Of a stretch of DNA of 64,000 bases, positions 50,403 to 62,710 are shown piece after piece (the stretch's first letter is position 1; every line of letters starts with the position of its first letter). This stretch comes from Perna viridis (taxonomy: Eukaryota). Below the pieces are notes generated by a model, which was given only the letters and a program-made list of their open reading frames with translations, was not told the DNA's origin and did not search any database. The stretch lies in the NCBI GenBank assembly GCA_037379345.1, contig CM074513.1, forward strand, positions 45,115,195 to 45,179,194, in the 5' to 3' direction. The translations under genes were made by a program, and so were the position numbers.

Positions 50403-53400
50403 GTTTACTTTTGTTATTGATAAAAGTAATAATGTTTGAGCGAAAGGTCAGCACTTACATATATTTTTCCTAAATATTTAATGCTAGCAACATCATAGTA
50501 AAGTAAAAATGTTTTAAACTCTGGATATTTGCGTGTCATGGAAATATAAATGGCTGTATTGTAGAATTATATGAAATGGACATTTTAAACGCTTAAAAGT
50601 AGAAATATAGCTCTTCAAACTTGCATCTGTTCTCAGTTAACCGTTCAACTTACAAAATATGTTATCTGAAATCCGTACTTTTCTAGAGATCCAAAAATCC
50701 TTGTTTCCATACTAATATTATGATGGCATTATAGTATAAGTTTAGTTAAGAATGTTGATAGTTCTTGAATATACTTGGTTCATTATCAGGTAGTTCTTCG
50801 CTGTGTTTTATTTTGTACTGCTGTTAACATTAAGGATTAAAATATCAAGAAAACATAAAGGCGATAGATGTATAAAAACAAATATTGATTATGTTTAATT
50901 ACCATGGGGTTGGAATTTACAGCTGTTGACCTATGTAAAACTACTCAAAATCTACATTTAATACTACTCTCATCAAAGAGATTTATCTACTATAATTTTG
51001 AGACAGCCTTATAAGTGTTTCGTGAAATACAAGACTGAAAAACTGAACATTTGTTAAAAAAAAACATTTGTATTGAAAGAAAATACATACATTGTTTTTG
51101 TTAAAATCGTAATTATTGAAGTACAAGACTTTAAAGTCTGCTTAAGGCATATTTGTTACAAAAACACACACAAAAAAGATTGCGTAGTCATTTAATTTTC
51201 CAATAGATTTACTTTACAACGAAAACAGAAAGGATTTTTGTCTCTGAGGTATTCGAGCCACTATTAAGTATTGTGAACAATAATAATTCAATCAAGTCAC
51301 GGACACTTTTTAAACTTGGCACGAATTTTCAAACCGGTGTCTAAATGGCCTTTAATCAACAAAAAAGACCAACATATACAAGTGTATTATTTTATAGGCT
51401 AAGCAAGTTTACTGTATGAATAAAATATGGAATTAGGTAAAGAGTGATCAATGTTTAAATGTGGTGTCCGTGAGTTTTCTAATAGACAAAGTCTGTGATT
51501 AAAGTTCACTGACTTGTACAAATCTAAGGAAATTAAGCCACTTTGGCACCATCGTTGTTTTGATTTATAATTTCCTTATTAAGCATTTAACATTGCTGGA
51601 AGTCTGCGATTAAATTGAGCATAAAGTAAAATTACATTCAATAGTTTGATAAATGAAGCTCCATCAATTTGTATGCCTTGATGTATATTGGTTAGACACA
51701 TAGCATACTTCGTAATTATGAACAGCAAAAATTTATCAATAAGTTGTAAACGGATGCATTGGCACTGCACCGGTTTCATTATGCAAGTTTCGTAATATAA
51801 AAACGCTGTGAAGTTGATGTATTACAAAATAAGAATTACTGATTATTAATGCGTGTGATTGTATGTAATTTAATTATACAATGAAAGATGATGTTTGTTT
51901 GATAAAAATAATCTGATTGCAATTAAAGCTGTAAAAGTATGCTTGTTGTTCCAGAAAGTCAAATTGGGTACATATACAAATTGCTGAAGCTGAAAAAACA
52001 AAGTATTGAAGAGTCTGTAAAAAGTTCTTTAAGCTGGGAAAAATAAAATGTTTATATGAAATCTGGTATATAAGAAAACTATATAACTAAATAGACTATA
52101 CAGATTTTTTCACCTAAAATTTCCTAATAAGAAAATTAACCATAATTTATATTAGTATTTAAAAATTTTGACAAAAAGTGTCATGACAAAGTTATCGAGC
52201 TTATCATCTTCAGGCAAAAGACAGCAGAAATATTCATAAAGGAAAGTCCATAGATAACAAATGGCAATATCAAGTCGTAAACTAGACCACAATGGTTTTT
52301 ATTTGGTACGAGAAGTTCTTTCCTCCCTCTTCTATTACTATTGTTGCAATACGAACGGGTAGAACAAATCTACCACCGGGTAAAGGTTAAATTGCTAGTC
52401 AAAGCAGTACAGAATATATATTGATGTTATGAAAATCCATCGTATGTAATTTTTTTGCCAGAAACAGAATATTTCTCGATAGGACTTCAATATCACAAGC
52501 AGCGTATGATACGTATTTTTATAAACTTGGTCTAAAAATAGATGGCATATTAAGAAGGCTTATAGCTCTGGTATACCATGACATTAAACACCTTAACTGG
52601 TATAATACTGCGCGTGAACGGGTAATACATAATTTTAGGTTCCGCTAAAGGAAAATGTCAGTTGTTAATTTCTTCGTTGTTACACCATAAAAAGACTTGA
52701 AACTTGCCTAAGAAGTTACTTTTGTTACTATCTTCATATTTTTAATGCTATGCTGATGTGCCACGTACCAGAAATAGTGTAATTATGGGGAAAAAATGTA
52801 GTTATTTTGAGAATTAAAAAAAAAGTAGGGTCACTACAGTGCACATTTAAATGACACCAAATCGTTACCAGTAACTCATTAGACCTTTATCTAGTGCGTT
52901 ACCCCTTACGTGTAACGAATTTCTATATTTCACGCCCTTTATGGTTACTTTCACTTTCAAGTCAGCATGACAGAAGCCGCCATTCAAATCTTGGTGGGCT
53001 GTCTAAAAACAATCTAAAATCTCGGGTGATACTGAACCAATCTGGTCAGTGTCGACAACATTTCACCGAAAAATATTTTTGCATAACTGTAACTAAAAAG
53101 AATATATGATAATAGTCGTTTTCATCAGAAACTGCTGTTTGCATCCTGTACAACTGGATCTGTCCAAATTGAAAGTAGATTGATGTATCCCTCCGCTCTA
53201 AAATGTATTGTTAACAATTTTTAATTTCACAATGAAGTTAAGATTACCCTTCTAAATTTTGAACATACTCTTAATTGAAAAAAAATATTCATCTTGTTTA
53301 CTGTCACCTGTATTTATACTATATTGTACAACATTTCGCTGTCGATATATTTTACGACGTATGACATCCGGTTACGTGTGAGCTGTTGTTCGGTGACGCC

Positions 53401-54089
53401 AAGGATGTAAACACAGAGACAAAATGTTTGACTATTTAATATCCGTGAGTATATGCGGGTATTCATCTACTTTTCATTTACAATTGACTTTGATTTAAAC
53501 TTCTCGTCAGGTTGTCAACGCAATCAGTTGCGAAAATTCAACAATTCTCGATCATTTAAATGTTCAAAGGTTTCATGCCCCATCATTGGCCATATATACC
53601 ACGCTTTTTGGTGCAACTAATTTACTTCTTTTAAACAATTTTTAAAACTGAACTGTTAAGGTTTCAGTCAAAAATAATTTTACTATCAAACGATTAAAAA
53701 GTATTTTTATGATATTCGTATGGACACGTAATGTATGGAGGACATTTTCTTACATGTTGTCATGTCTTTAGTACAAAACACCACAAATTAGGCGAAAACT
53801 CCTGTTTAGGGGATCCCTTAGTGGTTTTTGTTGTTAGAGAATAATATGGGGTGGGCATTGCCTAAACCAGCGAGAACTGTGAGCTTTACCATACATGCAC
53901 TGTCTGTGCAAGACTCGCAAAAATAATGACATTAAAATTTTTTGCTTCGCAAGTGCAATATTTTTATATATATTTAAGCATAATCTTTTGTTATATTAAC
54001 ATTTTGTCACATATCATAATAGATATAGATAATTTTAACAGGTTTTCTTTAAAAAAGAGCATGTAAAACTGAAATTTTGGTATAGTGAG

Positions 54090-54618
54090 TAAAACTGAAA
54101 GTTGGTAACTTTGGAAAAAATCAGCAAAGCGGAATGAAATGTAAACTCGATCTTTAACTCATCAAGGTAGACTCACTTACCAAAAATCAGCTCAATATCT
54201 GCAAGCGTTTAGAAAAAAAGTGTGGAAAACTTAAATTTCGGTTAAGTCGAGGGCCATAACTCTGACAAAAATCAGTGAAGTGGAACGAATTCTATACTTG
54301 AACTGTAACTCATCAGGGTAGACTCGCATACCAAAAACCAGCTCAATATCTGCAAGCATTTAATAGAAAAACAGCGCAGAAAACTTAAATTTCTGTTAAT
54401 TTTTCAATGTTCAAGGCCCATAACTCAGACAATTATCAGCCAAGTGGAACGAAATGTTAATTATATCTGTAACTCCTCAAGGTTGACTCACATACTAAAA
54501 CACAGCTCAATATCTGCAAGTGTTTAGAAAAAAATGTGGAAAACTTTAATTTTTTTCTGGACGGACAGAGTGCAAATGTAAAGTCTACTTTGGTCAAAGC
54601 CGTTAAGGAACTAATAAA
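54090..54618. mobile_element. HINE/pearl-like element with three ~150-165-bp internal tandem units
   Basis: AGCTCAATATCTGCAAG recurs at ~54189, ~54340 and ~54505, followed by a GGACGGACAGA microsatellite remnant and an imperfect terminal hairpin ending ACTAATAA. Confidence 0.7.
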
Positions 54619-55244
54619 TGTTCCCACTTTTAAATAGAAAATCATAATTTCCCAATTTTTTATTTATATAATGGATAAAAAACACCATATGAGGGATAGT
54701 ACCCCAAACGGGAGGTTAACTCTTATTTCAGGTCTTGTTCCCAACCTGCAAAATGACAAACAAGAAGAAAATAGATGATATGGAAGTGTCAGATAATACT
54801 CACTACATAATTAATTGATGATAATCAGGTGACATTTAATAGATCGAAGTAAGTCCCTTGCCTAATTGATTTTTACCAATTTTTATGGCTTTTTTTCAAT
54901 ATGTAATAGATTATATCCATAATATGTTACATTTGGAATTAACCCTTATTTTCTTAATCATATGTTTTGCAGTTCTTTGGGGTGTTAATGTTAATTAATA
55001 ATTTTGTAGGAACTCCATATTCATCTACAGAGCTGCATCATTACAGAAACCAGCTTAGACAATCTGGTGGTGTCAAAAGTCCCTGTGATAGCACCTCCAT
55101 TTCTGACTCATTGTTTTAAAACTTTGATGATTTGTAAGTACAAATTAATCTTAGAAAGGACGGAGTTTCCTAGAAAACAGTCTAAGGGGTTAATTTTTTG
55201 GGAGGGGGACTTCAGTGTTAAAAAATTAACAATTAAGGCTTGTT

Positions 55245-56390
55245 GTTATTGATATTGGGGTTTATAGCCTAACCGTTTTCAAATAAGAAACCTAAAAGGG
55301 CCATAAAAAGCATTTGTTAGAATTCAACTTCAGAACTCCAGTACAAGCATAGGAATGTCTGTGATATTGTTTCTTAATATTCTATACAATGGTCAGACTT
55401 GGATAGATTTTGGGGATAAAGATTTGAACAGAAATTAGGGGCCAGAAACATGCATTTTCTTGATGCCCAAACAATATCTTGACTATTAGGGAATGAATCT
55501 CTTTGAAATTGTATTTCAAGGTGATATACATGTACAATGTACCACCAAATGAAGAGTGGGATTGATTTTTGGGGTTTAGACTTGAATCTTGTAGGATAAA
55601 GGGGCCTGAAATAATCATTTCCTTATTTCTGAATATTAACTTCGGCTCCTGCGTATGGAGTGTTCATATCACAACTCATACGTTATAAGCTTGCCGAAAC
55701 TACGCAGACTTTTTGTATCGCGCTAGAACTCTAACAAATAGGCTTCTGGAACAGGGTTATGTTGCTACAAGATTGAAGTCATCACTACAGAAATTTTATG
55801 GTCGTCATCATGAACTCGTGGATCGTAATGGTGTATCCATAAGCACCATGAAAACTGATTTATTCAACGGGTCATAGTTTTTCTTTCCTTGTTTGTCTAC
55901 CCCGGACTTGACTTTTTATGAGCAACCGAGCGGGTGTTTCTAGAAAAGCAGAGGACGCTACCCTACCGGTGCACCTGGTCCATGCTCCCAGTTTTTAGTT
56001 GAGTCCGAGTTGCTCATTTACTTTTGTTACTTGTATGTATGATTTAAGTTACTTTATGTTCTTTGTTGTGTATGTCTGTTTTCCATGTCTGGTCTTTGTC
56101 CCTGCATCACATTCTTTTGATTACCGCTATAACCTTGGTTTTACTACAAGGTGTCATACCAAGAGTAAAGACTGGGATTGATTTTTGTTGTTGTGACTTG
56201 CGCCAAGTAAGAATAAGGGGTCACAACTAGGCCATGAAAAAAAAGTATTTTTTTATGATTTATGGACAATAACTCTAGTGAAAGGAAATGGATCACTTTG
56301 AAATTGTACCTCAAGGTGCCATTTTCCTCAGGAAGTTGGGATTAATTTTTACAGGGTTTTACTGGAACCATTTTGGAATAATTGCAAAAA
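55245..56390. repeat. Decayed tandem array of Helentron-type units, split by a Penelope-like insertion
   Basis: CTTTGAAATTGTA..CAAGGTG and TGGGATTRATTTTT recur at ~55500-55570, ~56147-56187 and ~56295-56350. Confidence 0.5.
55641..56140 (+). mobile_element. Penelope-like (Naiad-type) fragment: RT C-terminus plus 3' UTR
   Basis: SAPAYGVFISQLIRY..CRNYADFLYRARTLTNRLLEQGYVATRLKSSLQKFYGRHHELVDRNGVSISTMKTDLFNGS*, then the conserved UTR. Confidence 0.88.
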
Positions 56391-57452
56391 AGTGACCAAA
56401 TTGGTTCCGGTCAAACTTTTATCCTGTGTCAAATATCTAATCATAATCAAATTTCGTAACTGTGTCGAGTTTAAATGGTGTGTCCATACTTGCTCCAAAT
56501 TTTCAGGGTTCAACCTCTGCAGTCATATCAAGCTGCACCCTGCAAATTAGAGTTTACCTTCAATTTTGTTAAGTAGCTTGCAGCAATACAACTTGAATAG
56601 AATTGATTCTATAGTTGAGCGTAAAAGGAGGGTTAATTGTATAATTTCATTTTGGGTATTGGAATTGAATTTTTCGAAAGAGTGAAAATGTGTACTCATT
56701 GGGTAAATGTTACCATGCTCACCAAGGTTGTTTGATTCAACCATCTCTCAGGGGCCAATTGTGTAAAATTTAGCAGTTTGTTTCCAAATTTTGAACTTAA
56801 CCCCTTTATTCTGCCTCCCAAAAATGGCATATTGAATGAAAATCACAATATTAACCTAAAATCCCAATTCCTTATTTACCCTGAAAAAGTCCTTGGTCTG
56901 CTACTCAAATCAACAACATTGTCCTTATTTCAAGGGTTGCAAAAAGAAACTTGTTTAGGTAATGTGTTTTTCACATATATACACATGTACATGTACATAA
57001 CTTTTTTTAACTTGAAAAAATCGATCATGATTTTTAAAACATTGTAGTAGTTGCTTTAATTGATTAATTTAATTTTTATCATATAATCCTAACACATTGA
57101 ATTAGATCCAAATGGCCGTCCATATTTTATTTACTAAAGAGAAAGTGAAAGTAGCCATAAATAGAATTGAAAGTAGTCCCAATATAAATGGCTTCAATTT
57201 AAATTCATTTTGATTAATTAACTTGTTACAATTAAGTATAGTTTTAAGATTTAGAATCCGTTAAAAAGGGTAACTTTACAACCCTATCGGTACCCTTGGC
57301 TACCTTGATTACTCTTTCACTAGATACATGTTTGATAAATATTTTTGTTTACTTTTTATAGGTAAATATGGACTTACAAAAAATGTGTATTTAATGGCAG
57401 TCTGGCACATTTATATGCAAGATTCAAGGATTACAGTAATGGAAAAATGTTT

Positions 57453-57886
57453 TCGCTAGAATTCTAACAAATAGGCTTCTGGAGCAATGTTATGTTGCTA
57501 CAAGACTGAAGTCATCACTACAAACGTTTTATGGTCGTCATTATGAACTCGTGGATCGTTATGGTGTATCCATTTGCACCATGAAAACTGATTTATTCAA
57601 CGGGTCGTAGTTTTTCTTTCATCGTTTGTCTACTCCGGACTTGACTTTTTATGAGCAACTCCACGGGTGTTTCTGGAAAAGCAGAGGACGCTTATCCTAC
57701 CGATGTACCTGGTACATGCTCCCAGTTTTTAGTTGAGTCCGAGTTGCTCATTTGCTTTTGTTACTTTGTATGTATGATTTTAGTTACTTAATGTTATTTG
57801 TTGTGTATGTCTGTTTTCCATGTCTGGTCTTTGTTCCTGGATTGCATTCTTTTGATTACCGGTTTAACATTGGTTCCCTTGATTAC
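57453..57886 (+). mobile_element. Penelope-like (Naiad-type) fragment: ORF end plus 3' UTR
   Basis: Closely similar to 55720-56140; ends TTGGTTCCCTTGATTAC. Confidence 0.88.
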
Positions 57887-58629
57887 GCTTTTACTTATTA
57901 TAATGTTGACACACTCACAACCTAATATTAAGTTTCTTTTGTTGTTTTTTTTTGTTTTTGCTTTTTTTAAGCTATCCAATATATATTTATACTTGTTCAG
58001 ACCATTAAGTCATTCAATGCTTTAAAACTTTTGTCATAACTCCATAACACAAAGCTACCATTTACCATTCATCAAAACTGTGGCGAAGTTTCATTCTCGT
58101 ACAAAATCAGTTTTCAACGATTTTATTGGCACCAAAACTTTGCATGTATTGTTAGCATTCGTCACAATTTCTAATTTGGATAATTATCATCGATTTAGAT
58201 ATTACGTGTATTAAAACCGTTTATACTTTTGACAATTATGAATATTTCTCAAAATCAATAAATTCTTGCAATTTGTCTACAAAACAAAGTATATAGTTGT
58301 ATAGGAGAAACGCAGAATATTTTGAGTATCAAAAGTACATAGTATATTTAAAAATCTCAATTTATTTTCATTTAATTAGATACATACCAAACTCAAATTT
58401 TCAAAAATCTAATCAAATACTACTCTGTGTATTTTAAGTGAAAAAAAATTGTTTTAACGATCTTTGGTAAAGATATTGATCTTTACCTTTATACAGTAAA
58501 GAATTTCAACATTAAAATATGTATAAAACGTTATTTGTATACCTCTACATATATTAAAACCAATAGGATTAGATATAAGTATATATATAGGTTTTGCTAT
58601 CAGTGTATACCTCGAGGATTTGTCATAAG

Positions 58630-59270
58630 TATAGATGACGTATTATCTTTAAACAATCCTAATTTCGGGGATTTGATATATCGCATCTACCCCAAAGAAC
58701 ATGAGATAAGGGATACTACAGACACTGTAAAGTCAGCCTCATATCTTGACATTCACTTAGAAATCGATGTTAAAGGAAAACTATTGACCAAACTTTACAA
58801 CAAACGTGATGACTTTTCATTCAGATTTGTCAACTTTCCTTTCATCTGTGGCAACATCTCTTCAGCACCTGCATATGGGGTGTTCATATCACAACTTATA
58901 CGTTATGCCAGAGCTTGCCGAAACTACGCTACAACTCAACCAAATAGGCTTCTGGGACAGGGTTATGTTGCTACAAGATTGAAGTCATCACTACAGAAGT
59001 TTAATGGTCTTCATCATGAACTTGTGGATCGTTATGGTGTATCCATCTGCACCATGAAAACTGATTTATTCAACGGGTCATAGTCTTCCTTTCCTCGTTT
59101 GTCTACCCCGGACTTGACTTTTTATGAGCAACCGAGCGGGTGTTTCTAGAAAAGCAGAGGATGCTTACCCTACCGGTGCACCTGGTACATGCTCCCAATT
59201 TTTAGTGGCCCGAGTTGCTCATTAACTTTTGTTACTTTGTATGTATGATTTTAGTTACTTAATGTTATTT
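58630..59270 (+). mobile_element. Penelope-like (Naiad-type) 5'-truncated copy: RT from IDD to stop (59083) plus 3' UTR
   Basis: ORF-track peptide IDDVLSLNNPNFGDLIYRIYPKE..SASYLDIHLEID..LYNKRDDFSFRFVNFPF..AYGVFISQLIRYARAC..DLFNGS*. No endonuclease follows RT. Confidence 0.9.
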
Positions 59271-59272
59271 GT

Positions 59273-59347
59273 AATTTGCGATGCAAAGTTGACAATTCTA
59301 ACATCGTTGGGAATTTTTCAGACCTTTCTATATATATATATATATAT
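59273..59347 (+). mobile_element. 3' end of the tRNA-cassette element plus (TA)n
   Basis: AATTTGCGATGCAAAGTTGACAATTCTAACATCGTTGGGAATTTTTCAGACC followed by (TA)n; matches 45049-45113. Confidence 0.8.
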
Positions 59348-59912
59348 TTGTATAGGTTTTGCTATCAGTGTATTACTCTAGTTTTTACTCTCAATTTACA
59401 CTTTTAGTCTGTGCTATCGCAAATTCCATATTTTTTATGCGATCAAGGTTTTGTTATATATGTAAACATCTAGTGTTTTTTTTTATCCGTAAATTCTTCT
59501 AGGTTTTGCTTTTCTGAGTATGCATCTAGATAAGCTATCCTTGTAATTTTCTTGGTTTTGCTAACAGTGTTAACCTCATGAATTGTTTTTACTGCATTCC
59601 GTTAGTATTTTTGTTATTGTATTCCTAAGTTTTGCCAGCAGGGTATAACTCTATGTTGTTCGATCGGTTTATTCCAGGTTTTGCTTTTATTGAATTACAG
59701 GAAGTTTGCTATCAGCGTATGTTCCTGGTTTTTCTATGAGTGTATTACAAAATTTGTATTACTATGTTTTGCTATAAACGTTTATATTTTGCTTTGTTAT
59801 CTGTGTATTCCTCTATGTTTAGCTATCAGTGTACTCCTCTAGGTTTTGCCATCAGCACATTCCTCTAGGTTTTGATATCATTGTTTAACTCTGGTCTTCG
59901 TTATCAGTGTAC

Positions 59913-61631
59913 CTTTCTGATCCTCTTCGTACTGGATAATACATTTAGGATTTCTGTAAGGACTCTAGGTATTACCAGTTCGTCTGCTTTTAACATTTCT
60001 GACTGTTTCTGATTAAATTCAGGTGCTTTCCAATCTTTTAAAGTCTTAATTGCTTTGGTTGCTTTTTCCAGTATATAACTGTCAGCTTCTATATCTAGTA
60101 CTTCTGCTGATAGTGTGATGCTTGCCTGTACCAAGATATCCTCTATGTTTAATACCCTTTCAAAATGTTCTTTCCGACAGGTAAGTTATTCGTATAAACT
60201 GCAAGACTTTGTACCATCTGATTTCTTGACTTTTGTTTCAGCTGTTTTATAGCGACCACTTAAAGTTTTGGATATACGGCATAATGTGCGCATGTCTTGC
60301 CTTGCCGCTGCTTCTTCTTCCTCTGCTGCTTACCTCTCGATGTAATCCATCTTGTCATTTCTTGCACTCTTTCTTACTTCTTTGTCTTTCTTAGCATAGG
60401 TAACTATTAGCCTCTGCTGTAATCTAGGTGATTGCGTGGCAAGTAGTTTACTCTTAGTTGTTTTTCTCAATCTGATCTTGTCTCATGTTTCAGTTGTTAT
60501 CTATTCCTCTTTATTTCTTCTCATCAGTCCCAACGTTTTTCCCTGCTTACACCAACATCATGCTGAAGTCATCAAGGCTTATTTCGTTCTGTTGGTCTTG
60601 AAGTACTTCAAATATGTTTCTAACCCTCATTTTGAATGCCTCTCTCACCTTAGAGTCTCTAAGTTTCTTTGTATCCAGAAGTGGTGTTTTCTGTTCTCTA
60701 TTCCTTGTTTTTCCTTAGCTTTAGTTTTATTTTACCAGAACAAGTACATGATTGCTCCCAACATCGGCACCTCTCAAGACTCTTGCATCTTGTAACGATC
60801 CTCTCCACCTTTTTTCTGATAATGATATGATCGATTTGGTTTTAAGTGTGTCCGTCTGTGGATGTCCATGTCATTTATGGATGTTGATATGTTGGAAGAT
60901 GTTACCTCCTATCATAAGCTGATTTTCCTGGCAAAAGTTTAGTATCGTTGTTGTTGATGGTTTCACATCCTTGTCCCCCTATTATGTCCTCTAAACCTTT
61001 ATTCTTTGATGCCAGTTTAGCATTTAGAACTCCTACTATGACGAATACATCGGGCTGGCATTTTATCTTTGACTTTCTGCAGCTGATCGTAAAAAGTTTC
61101 TTTCTCCACATCCTCAACACCTTCAGTCGGGGAGTAGCATACCAATACAGTCATCGTGACATACTTTGAGTGAAATCTTGCTGATAGAATTCTGTCACTT
61201 GTTGGTTTTCATCCATTCATACATCTGGTTGTTTTGATGTTTGTTATTAGACCTACTCCTTTGCTGTGATGGTCATCCTCCGTCCTGAGCAGATAATTTG
61301 ATGCCCTGTCAGTTTTTGTCCAGTTCATCTTGTTTCAAAAACTTCTAGCATCTCGACGTTATTGATGTCCACCAATTGAAAATTTGTGTTAACTTTTAAG
61401 TTTGGTAGAGGATGCGTACATTCCAAGCATCAAACTCTACACATATCTTTGAGGTAAGAATATTTGCTGTCGGGGTGTCATCCGTCATGTCTCCAGTAAC
61501 CTGGATCCTGGGCTAGTTTACCCAGTTTTGGTCTATGTAGCGTATTTCCTTTTACGTGGTTGGGTTGCTGGCCCCACGGACAACCATCCTCCTTTCTCAT
61601 CCGGGCTTTTTGACGGCCATAGCAAAGTATA
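59913..61631 (-). mobile_element. Decayed RTE-clade LINE: 5' UTR, APE endonuclease and start of RT only
   Basis: Minus-strand remnants WNVRILYQ, SDRILSARFHSKYVTMTVLVCYSPTE..EKETFYDQLQ, NQIDHIII, RGADVGSNH and AIKTLK.WKAP..SEMLKA. Many stops and frameshifts. Confidence 0.88.
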
Positions 61632-61632
61632 C
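61581..61632 (-). ncRNA. Degenerate twister-ribozyme-like motif at the RTE 5' end
   Basis: Minus strand TATA-CTTT-GC-TATG-GCCG-TCAAAAAGC-CCGG-ATGAGAAA-GGAG-GATGG-TTG is colinear with the twister core UAA-P2-GC..GCCGG-UCCCAAGC-CCGG..AAA-P2'-GAGGG. Confidence 0.6.
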
Positions 61633-62389
61633 ACTATCAGTGTATGCCTCTAGGTTTTGTTATCAGTGTACAAATCTAGGGTTTCCTACCATTGTATGCT
61701 TTAGGTTTTGCTACCAGTGTTTATCACTAGATTTTGCTTTTAGTTGCAATGTTATATTTATTGGTTTTATCTCCCTTTATATTTTGTTTTTAATTCACTT
61801 TAAAATACTTAATACAGATAAGGCTGTGTTTGAACGGCAAACATCCTATGGTCCATCACAGAAAATAATGTGTGTAATTTAATTTCGTTAATCAATTATT
61901 ATAATCAGTGATATTGGCGATTCACAGTGGTTATCATACTTTGTAAGTATATGCATGCATACGCTGAACAATCTATACAAAATATTGGAAATCAACTTTA
62001 AAAAAAATAATGAGAAAATTTGTAATGAATCAAACACATTTGACTATTTTTGTTGCAAACAATGGTAGTAGCAGTGCGGATGTCTTTGGTTTTATGCGAT
62101 CCTATACAAAGTCATATCTAAGACTAAACGTGGTATGTAGAAAAATGACCTTTTGTAATTAATTCTTTGCTTGATGTCAACGATGTATGTGCTTTCTAAG
62201 GTATTCTAAAATGAAATTAACATAAATTTATCGACGTTAACTCACCAATTACAAGACAAAGAAACGGTATGTAAGGAACGTTAGTTATAGTGTCCATGAT
62301 ACTCATGCCTTGAGAAGTGATTGAGCAAGAACATGAAAATGAATTACCTTCAAAATACATCATAATTATACTTAATTAAATAAAATATA

Positions 62390-62710
62390 ACGGGAATGTA
62401 TATGGCGAATATGTCAGAGACAACAAGCCAGTCAGAATTGAAAAATGTCAGGTCAAGGCCACTCATGGGTCTTCAATGAACGACAAGGAAACCCTTACTC
62501 CACAGGGCAGGCTGCAATTATACACATGTATAGCGAAATAGTTGTCCATATATACTAAAGCAACATGAAATCAAACTGAAAGTGAAACCGACAGAAAACA
62601 TACTGAGGCCAGAATTTCATGACTTAAGACAGGCATAAAATGCGGCGGGGTTAAAACAACTTGTGATCACAACCCTCCCTGTTGACATCTGGACACTGTA
62701 GTAAAATATT
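62390..62710. repeat. Probable decayed interspersed repeat (family unassigned)
   Basis: GC-richer blocks (GGCCACTCATGGGTCTTCAATG; GACAGGCATAAAATGCGGCGGGGTTAAA; AACCCTCCC) resemble, from recollection, a common bivalve retroelement UTR. Single copy in this window. Confidence 0.35.

Larger units (their letters stand above)
58585..61750. repeat. Degenerate 26-bp minisatellite (CTAGGTTTTGCTATCAGTGTATTCCT) hosting nested insertions
   Basis: Units at 58585-58629, 59351-59912 and 61633-61750. The 26-bp period is clear at 59811-59914. Confidence 0.8.

Noticed and set aside
58535-59083. 182-aa host gene
   Set aside because: Chimeric reading frame: minisatellite-derived N-terminus fused to a truncated retroelement RT.
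59053-59225. SECIS element in the Penelope-like 3' region
   Set aside because: The ATGA of the main stem pairs with TCAT by Watson-Crick pairing rather than forming a GA quartet, and I found no correctly spaced apical AA with a 3' GA. SECISearch3 on a consensus would be decisive.
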